Source of the DNA: Diplonema japonicum
Taxonomy: Eukaryota; Protista; Euglenozoa: Diplonemea
Length of the DNA: 64,000 nt
Assembly (NCBI GenBank): GCA_964019335.1
Contig: OZ025682.1
Coordinates: 248,001-312,000 of the forward strand
Reading direction: 5' to 3'
Position numbers and translations under genes: made by a program. Positions 57,151 through 64,000 of the stretch are shown here, one piece after another; position 1 is the stretch's first letter, and each line of letters begins with the position of its first letter. The notes under the pieces were generated by a model, which saw nothing but the letters and a program-made list of their open reading frames with translations, ran no database searches and was not told where the DNA came from.

Positions 57151-58237
57151 ATGGACATACGAACTATTCCACCGCCAATCGAGGGCCACACCTGCACAAT
57201 TTTGGAGAGTGCCGTGGACTATGTGATACAAGGAGTGCTGGGTGTCTTGGCTTTCTCAACACTACTGGCGAAATGGCGAATGGAGGCAAAAGGCTCAGGC
57301 ACACGAAGACCCTTCAGAGTTTTCATGTTGGACACAACAAAACAAAGCGCTGGCTTTTTCGTGGCACATGTAGGGAACATGGTTGTGGCCTCCTTATTGG
57401 CGGAGGACGATGTCTCGCCCTGTGTATGGTACTTCGTCAACATTCTCTTTGACACCACTGTAAGGGTTTTGCTAGCCTACCTCATGTTACGCCTTATAGT
57501 ATGGATCATAGTGACTGCAAACCTTGATCCCAAAGGTTTGATGGATTTTGGTGATTACGGGGATTTGTACGTTCTCACTTGTGGTTCGCTGAAGAGGTGG
57601 TTTCTGCAGTTGTGTCTGTGGGTAGGGATTGTCTCTATTACAGTAGCGATGAAGGGATTTATTGTGTGGATGTTTGAATCTTCTCTTGCAGACTTTGGAA
57701 ACTGGGTCATGGGTCCCTTGGAAGACCACACCAAAGAACACGGCCACAATTTGGAGCTTGTCATCGTAATGATGGTGATTCCCTTCGTCCTTTGCGCCAT
57801 GCAGCTGTGGATACAGGATTCGTTTTTACAGTCGCGCAAGCGTGGGCAAGGTCTCCACCGGTTCTCCCCACAAGACATCTCTCTGGCCGAGCGTAACATG
57901 AAAGGCACGGCCGCAAGCCCGGAGCCTATTTTCTTGATTTCTGATGCTTTATGGGGCCCGGATTCCCACCGGCAGCATATGATGCCTTTGGCGGATCAGG
58001 TATGCTTGGGAAGGGGGGGGGGGGGGGGGGGGGGGGGGAAGAAGGAAAAAAAAATACAGCCCCCCATAGAAGACATAGATATTTCACACACACCTCTGGG
58101 GCTTCAGTTACCTAGGTTTGGGGGAAAAAAAAAGATTTTTTTTGAAAAAAAAAATTTTTTTTTAACGCAGTACGCCAAGTGATCAACCTACTGTACAAGA
58201 GATGCAGGCTATCGAAAGTGATCAGGATGAGATTTGA
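57151..58237 (+). CDS. TMEM110/STIMATE-family membrane protein, about 323 aa; join(57151..57999,58060..58115,58171..58237)
   Basis: LDTTKQ..HVGN..PCVWYFVNILFDTT, FGDYG, WFLQL..W, LELVIVM..P and QLWIQDSFL. Confidence 0.82.
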
Positions 58238-58909
58238 TGGACAGTAATGGATAGACCCCCCCCCCCCCCCCCCCTGTCACAGCGGTGATGAAAAATAAAA
58301 GAAGAGCAAGCTAAGCTTCTTTGTGTTAGGTAGGTTTACTTTTTATTCTGTTCTTAATTTATCTGGTTCGTCATAGGAGTAAGCTATTTAAAAAAAAAAA
58401 AAAGAAGATAGAGTCCGAAAAAAGAAAGAGAAAAAAAAAAAAACATATGGTAATGAAAACGGCAACATTTTTTTTTGTAATAAAAAAAAAACCCCCCACA
58501 CATCTCATCTTTTTTTTTTTTTATAGCAGTATTGCGTTCAGTCCCCCTCAAGAAGAAAAAAAAAAATGCTTTATCGCATCTCCTTTTTTTTTGTTTTCCA
58601 TCTCCTGTTTTTTTTTTTACCTCGCACCCCTTCCCCTTTCCTTTATTCCGCGTAATTGGAGATATATAAAAAAAAAAAAAAAAAAAAAAAAAAGCATGAT
58701 GGGAAACAACAACCAATACCAAGAAGAAGAAGAGGAAGAAAAAAAAAAAAAAAAACAAAACAAAAAAAAGCCCCACCCACTACCCCCTACGAGGGAGGAA
58801 CCTAAAAAAAAAAAAAAAAAAAAAAGAACTTTTTTTTTTTTTTTTTACCCCTAAATTTTCCGCAAAAAAAAAAAGTAAAAAAAAAAAAAAAAAAAAATAT
58901 GGACAGCGT

Positions 58910-60325
58910 ATGTCCAATATTGCCCCAAACAACGGAAACCCCTTGGTGAAGGTAGCACAGCATCACCATGACAATGCTTTATCGGAAGCACAATGGAGCG
59001 CGCCTGATGGTGACTTTGCAACACCGGAGACAGAAGACGGCGGGGGACTGAGGATCACAGTGGACATCGACGAACTCGACGGCGGCTACTGGGTAGAAGG
59101 CGCAGCCCACAGCATCATGGACAGCATCACCGGGGGAACACCAAAAACAAGCGATGACGGGCTGGAAACAGAAGAAAGCGTAGCTTACGGCGCTGATAAA
59201 GTTCTAATGGCCTTAGAACTCTTAGTCCCCAAACCCACCTCCCACATATGGTCAGTTCAAGAAGGCGAGGCCGGGATAGAAGTTTTCACACCGAACAGTT
59301 TCGACGAATTTCTCAAAAATATCGCTATACCCGATATTAAGCGTGACCTTCACGACCGTTCCCACCCGAAAACGAATAGATGGGTTGATTTCCAAGGCCT
59401 CACAGACCACGAGGTCCGGCATCTAGGGTCTCTCCTGACCCTTCACGAGCTCACCATCGAGGACATTATCAACGAGGATTCCCCTGAAAAACTCGAGCAT
59501 TTCGAGGATTCAAAATACCAATATAGCGTTCTGTTAGGACAATGGCTCGACAGCACCAGCGGGTGGAAGGATGTCAAGATAAGCTGTGTCATCGTTAAAG
59601 GCTGGATGATAACAATCCACAAGTCGCCCTTTGTAGGCCTCGACGAACTGTTGAAAAGAATCCGAAAAGAATTGTTCGGAAAGAGAAGAAACACAACCCA
59701 ACGCGTACTCCACGGGCTGTGGGTGTATTACGGACTCTTTGATGTTCTAGTAGATGCAATGATACCAAGGGTAACAAGGTGTTCTGAACACGCGAATGAT
59801 GTTGACGAGATAGTGCTGCAACTGTGGGATACCAGCGAAGGGTCTTTAGAGATGGGGGAAGCAACGAGAATGATCGCAAGAACGAGGAAGCAAATCAACG
59901 CAATTAGAAGATCCTTCGTCGCCAAAGAAGCCATCATCAAGGAGCACAAGCTTCACAAGCTTCCTCACTACCGTGATGTTCACGATCACGTGCTTCAAAT
60001 GCTTGATCGGCTCGACTCCTCTCGCGACATTCTAGCCCAGGCCAACAGCAACTACCTTGCTGGTATCAGCGTCCAAGCTTCCATCTCTGCCAATAGTACA
60101 AATGAGGCTATGCGTAAGATGTCGCTTCTCGCATTTGTTTTTGTACCCATGACGTTGATCACTTCGTTGTTCGGGATGAATGTGCAGGTGCCCTGGCAGA
60201 ACGTCGGGTCTACGCTTCCCTTTTACATGATCCTGACGTCGTTCTTGGTGCTCCCTTGCTGCGCTGTGATCGTGATGAAGATGAGAAGCACCACGACACA
60301 CACGCAGCGGCATGCTTACATTTAG
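58910..60325 (+). CDS. CorA-family Mg2+ transporter (ALR/MNR2-like), about 471 aa
   Basis: WVDFQG, LHELTIEDI, YRDVHDH, and two TM helices around FGMNVQVP. The start is ambiguous (upstream ATG at 58899). Confidence 0.9.
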   Translation: MSNIAPNNGNPLVKVAQHHHDNALSEAQWSAPDGDFATPETEDGGGLRITVDIDELDGGYWVEGAAHSIMDSITGGTPKTSDDGLETEESVAYGADKVLMALELLVPKPTSHIWSVQEGEAGIEVFTPNSFDEFLKNIAIPDIKRDLHDRSHPKTNRWVDFQGLTDHEVRHLGSLLTLHELTIEDIINEDSPEKLEHFEDSKYQYSVLLGQWLDSTSGWKDVKISCVIVKGWMITIHKSPFVGLDELLKRIRKELFGKRRNTTQRVLHGLWVYYGLFDVLVDAMIPRVTRCSEHANDVDEIVLQLWDTSEGSLEMGEATRMIARTRKQINAIRRSFVAKEAIIKEHKLHKLPHYRDVHDHVLQMLDRLDSSRDILAQANSNYLAGISVQASISANSTNEAMRKMSLLAFVFVPMTLITSLFGMNVQVPWQNVGSTLPFYMILTSFLVLPCCAVIVMKMRSTTTHTQRHAYI

Positions 60326-60503
60326 AACAAATTGGTGATAGGAAGAAGGGGGAAAAAAAAAAAAAAAAAAAGCAGAGGGGAGGGAAAGGGGGGAGAGAGA
60401 GAGAAACAAAAAAAAAAAAAAAAATAGAACTAAACTGCAATGCCCCTAAATTTAACAAAAGAAAATTTAAAAAAAAAAACCCCTCCTCCCTCTTGTTTTC
60501 TTG

Positions 60504-60536
<33 letters not shown>

Positions 60537-60618
60537 CCCTGAGCATCAGAACCAGACACCCTGTCCTACCCTCTTTTTAGCATTGTACCAGGGAATGCCT
60601 TAGAAGAAAAGAAATAAA

Positions 60619-61749
60619 ATGGCGTCACCGGTAGATGAAGTATTGGGGATATTCGGGGGGAGGGGTTGGAAAGGTGTAGACGAGCTTTGCGAGGCGTTGC
60701 GAATCGAGGAAAAACTGGTCGAGGGGGTGCACAGAGGCGAAATCTCTGCAGACGACGAACGGGGCGTCTATAAAAACCTCTCCTTGGTATGCTACACCTC
60801 GGTAGAGGGCGTGGCACACCACCACGCATCCCTACGAGCAACAAGACTGGACATCACCTTTCACCTATACGACGGTGAAGCTCCGGTCATGACAACCAGT
60901 GTCTTGAACAACATTGTAGTGGGGGTCCCACTACAAGGCGGTACCGAAAAAAGGATAACATGGGTGCACCAAGGTTCTGAGGAAGCAATGAGCATAATGT
61001 TATCACACGAGTTTCCTGTTGGAGCACAGACACCGTCTGAGATACGTTTAGAGGTCAATGTGCAACACGCAGTACCACATTATAGGCTTCACTTAAGAAG
61101 TGTGGCTTTACGAGCGATTATGAAAGGTCCTTACGGGCTGCGGGCTGTGAGTGGGGAAAGATGGTCAGGATCGTCAAGTGAGGAGGTGTTCAAGGCGTTC
61201 CTGAAATATGCGAATGATGAAAATTTAATCGTGAACCGGGAGACGAACCCTGCCATACGCACGAACACTGTTTTAGAAGAGGAGTTCGGGTGCAAACTGA
61301 TCACATTGGCCGCGTTGCAGACAGCGTTGAACACACGGGAATTCGAGACCGAAGCGTTTTCGTTCGCGGTGCAGTTGAACCAGCAACTTACCATACCCCT
61401 GCCTTGCCCTGTGTACTGTAAGCGGGCCGTGCCGAACCGGCAGAAGAGGAAGCCTGTTTTGAACTCCATAACGGCACAGCAACGCTCGCTTCTCGACACC
61501 GCAAGAGCGAAGCTTCGCAAGATATCGGTATTGGAATCGTTGGGGAAGGATCCTGTGGAGGCTACCCGCTTGCTTGTCTCTCAGCAAACGGAAAAACTGT
61601 CCGAAATCACGGACCCCCCGGACTGGGTGAAAAAACGAGAAATGGCGGAATCCGACGCAATGTGGGGGACACCGATTGGCGTGGAGGCACTACACCGGTT
61701 GGAGGAAGTCTGCGAGATGCATGAGGTGAGACGCCTAGCGAAGGAGTGA
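60619..61749 (+). CDS. Divergent SWIB-domain BAF60/SMARCD-like protein, 376 aa
   Basis: EEVFKAFLKYANDENL..IRTNTVLEEEFG (SWIB-like) and a C-terminal LESLGKDPVEATRLLVSQQ resembling BAF60. Confidence 0.55.
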   Translation: MASPVDEVLGIFGGRGWKGVDELCEALRIEEKLVEGVHRGEISADDERGVYKNLSLVCYTSVEGVAHHHASLRATRLDITFHLYDGEAPVMTTSVLNNIVVGVPLQGGTEKRITWVHQGSEEAMSIMLSHEFPVGAQTPSEIRLEVNVQHAVPHYRLHLRSVALRAIMKGPYGLRAVSGERWSGSSSEEVFKAFLKYANDENLIVNRETNPAIRTNTVLEEEFGCKLITLAALQTALNTREFETEAFSFAVQLNQQLTIPLPCPVYCKRAVPNRQKRKPVLNSITAQQRSLLDTARAKLRKISVLESLGKDPVEATRLLVSQQTEKLSEITDPPDWVKKREMAESDAMWGTPIGVEALHRLEEVCEMHEVRRLAKE

Positions 61750-61844
61750 TTTTTTTTTTTTTTTTTTTTTTTTTTCACATCGATTCACTCCCCATATACA
61801 CAGGAAAAGAAGAAGAAGAAAAAAAAACCCCCCCTTACGTAACG

Positions 61845-62599
61845 ATGCAATTGTGTGAAATACGCTCTGTCGTCACAAGGGCCAAGAAGATGCTCGAAAA
61901 GACACAGCTCATTAAGACACGTTCCATCATGAACGGCAACCGGATCGTGAAATACCTCGAGAAGTTCGACGAGTTGGAGTCCAAGATGGAAGAGGCGAAC
62001 CTTGTGGTGCCCCAGATTCTGACAGAGGTCAACCACTCATTGATGTTGGTATACATTTTTAAAAAAAAAAAAAAGAAAACTTTTTTTTTTTATAGGCGGA
62101 ACAAGAGATGAAGGCAGGAACCGTACGGACGCTTCACAAAAAGTACAGGAAAATCGGTGACTGCCACTTCGATTTGAGAACGGTGAAGCACACCGTCACA
62201 CGAGAACGGAAGAGGCTTGCTAGGCTCCACGAACATATTACCACGTGTCGGGAGACAAAGGGGACAAGGCCCTTTATTGCATTCTGTATCCAAGAGAAGG
62301 TTACTGGTTCCGATGCGGGTTTGAAGTGGAGCGCTCTGACCAAGGAGCAAAAACAACCGTATTACACTGCCGCCAAGAAGAATACCCTTGAAAGGGGCGA
62401 GCGCAGGGTGTACGCCAAGAAAGATGGGCGGTCAGTTTCACCCTTTGCAAAATTCGTTAGCGAGAATATGGTGAAGGCACGTGGAGATATTGAAAAGCAG
62501 CATCCCCACCTGCAAATAGCCGAGAAGAACACCCTGTCCTTCAAGCTGCTGGCTTCTCGTTGGAGGAAAAAGAAAATGGATAATACGCTTGGGATTTAA
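61845..62599 (+). CDS. Basic HMG-box-like protein, 235 aa; join(61845..62048,62096..62599)
   Basis: RPFIAF..WSALTKEQKQPY..AAKK and SPFAKFVSEN..FKLLASRWR. One 47-nt GT-AG intron. Confidence 0.7.
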
Positions 62600-63286
62600 A
62601 AAAAAAGATAAAAACGAAAAATAATTTTTTTTCCCCCTTGTAGTGTGGAACGAAAAAAAAAAAAAAGAAAAGTACTGAAAGCCACGAACTGCATATTGGG
62701 GGTCGCCCAACTGCTTCGTAGAAGTGAAATAATGCAGAAAATTACGTTTGAAAAACACATCCATCACCTTTTCTTTTTTTGAGAAGTTGCTCAAAAGTCA
62801 GAGACTTTAGAGTCAACTGACGACATTTTTTCTCAAACCCCATTTTGTCCCCCCACCCCCCCCATAGTGGCCGGCGAAAAAGAAAAACAAATACGGCTTA
62901 GAAAAATAGAAGGGTTTTTTTCATTATTAGCACGTGAGTGGGGAAAATCCCTCATATTTTCGAAAAGTAAGAAAAAAAGAAAATTAGATACCCCTTTTTT
63001 TTACCTGTTAGATTCCCCCCCCCCCCCCCCCAGGCATAGTGGTGAAACGACTCGCATGCGAGAATGATGCGAGAATTTTTGTTGGCTAGTAAAATTTTAT
63101 TTAATTTTGGCCTAATTTCGACCCTTTGACCCCCCCCCCCCCCCCCCCCCCTCATTAGATTTCCCCCCTAATATTCCCCTATATTTCCCCCCTCCTTCCC
63201 CCCCCCTCCTTTATTTAAAAAATCTTTCAGTACGGCAATACAAACCCAACTTTGAAAAGGGGGGGAAATAAAAATATAAAAAAAAG

Positions 63287-64000
63287 ATGTCACTAAGCGG
63301 CATCGACAAGATGAAAAAACCAGAGCTGATAGAAAAGCTGGAAGAGCTTGGGATAGACCCGTCTAAAACAGTGGCGGACATGAAGTACCAGCTTAGAAAA
63401 GCACTGGAAGGCGGGAGCGACAACGACGACAGCGAAAAGGACTCCCCACCCCCCAAGAAAAAAAAAAAGACCTCGAAGAAGGGCACATTCGAGGAGGTGG
63501 ACGGCGGCGGCGACATCGCCTCACCAGAAGGCACAGGGAAACGCCTTTTAGTCCACTGCGTTGCCAAGGGACTACGATGGTCAAAAAGAGGCACAATGGG
63601 CCGCCTAGCCACCGCTTACGGAAAAGAACTAATCGCCACCTTCGACGCCAAAACACACACCCACAAACTAGGAGCAGTCCAATTCCACCCGGTAAAGAAA
63701 AACACAATTGCATCAGCTGTATGCCTTGCAAAACCCTCTGCAGGCTCCGCACCACCCTTCGACTCAGCAGCATTCGACGTCGCTCTAGAAGATTCCATAA
63801 AAGAAAGAGCATTAAAAGACAGCTCCAGTGTCCACATAGACATCGACCCACGCACACCAAAACTACTCTACAGTGAAGTGAAGGATGCCATTGAAGAGCA
63901 TTTAATCAATAGTGGAATAGATGTTTATGTGTACAAACGAGGGGCCGGGGTGTCGGGGAAATCTACATCAACGCTTGTTAAAAGGGACTCCACGTCATCG
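63287..64000 (+). CDS. SAP-like domain + ALC1/CHD1L-type macrodomain protein (3'-truncated by the window)
   Basis: My translation is open to the window end (238 codons): MKKPELIEKLEELGI...VADM..QL (SAP-like), then GDIASP..RLLVHCVAKGLRWSKRG..LGAVQF..SVHI..IEEHL..GIDVYVY (macro). Absent from the ORF track. Confidence 0.7.
   Translation, partial: MSLSGIDKMKKPELIEKLEELGIDPSKTVADMKYQLRKALEGGSDNDDSEKDSPPPKKKKKTSKKGTFEEVDGGGDIASPEGTGKRLLVHCVAKGLRWSKRGTMGRLATAYGKELIATFDAKTHTHKLGAVQFHPVKKNTIASAVCLAKPSAGSAPPFDSAAFDVALEDSIKERALKDSSSVHIDIDPRTPKLLYSEVKDAIEEHLINSGIDVYVYKRGAGVSGKSTSTLVKRDSTSS

Overview
Eukaryotic nuclear DNA from a euglenozoan protist, most likely a diplonemid. The evidence is a kinetoplastid-like HSP70 N-terminus, a BILBO1-type domain, a (TPAPD)n surface protein and frequent cis-introns. 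About 31 protein-coding genes all lie on the + strand, as in a polycistronic-type cluster, separated by homopolymer-rich spacers. I could delimit 19 short GT-AG introns (35-65 nt, mostly A-rich), 17 of them phase 0. Recognisable genes: HSP70, eL29, an AKT-like PH kinase, a Kv channel, CorA, an SLC43-like transporter, a TMEM110-like protein, an Aha1-N protein, a PIF1-like helicase, a BAF60-like protein, a 2OG-Fe(II) oxygenase, an LVIVD-repeat surface protein and a SAP-macrodomain protein. The most interesting features are non-coding. (1) A complete HDV-like self-cleaving ribozyme fold at 4652-4785 has an upstream anti-P1 hairpin and sits among structured-RNA-like modules, one of which has a relative at about 51950-52090. 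(2) A 1.8-kb array (18043-19877) holds six near-identical 100-bp units with C/D-box-like motifs, variable spacers and two adjacent TA-flanked MITEs; it lies between two identical copies of a redoxin-like gene. (3) A TTAA-flanked, internally deleted piggyBac-like element lies at 50268-50756. All calls were made by eye; no searches or folding programs were run.
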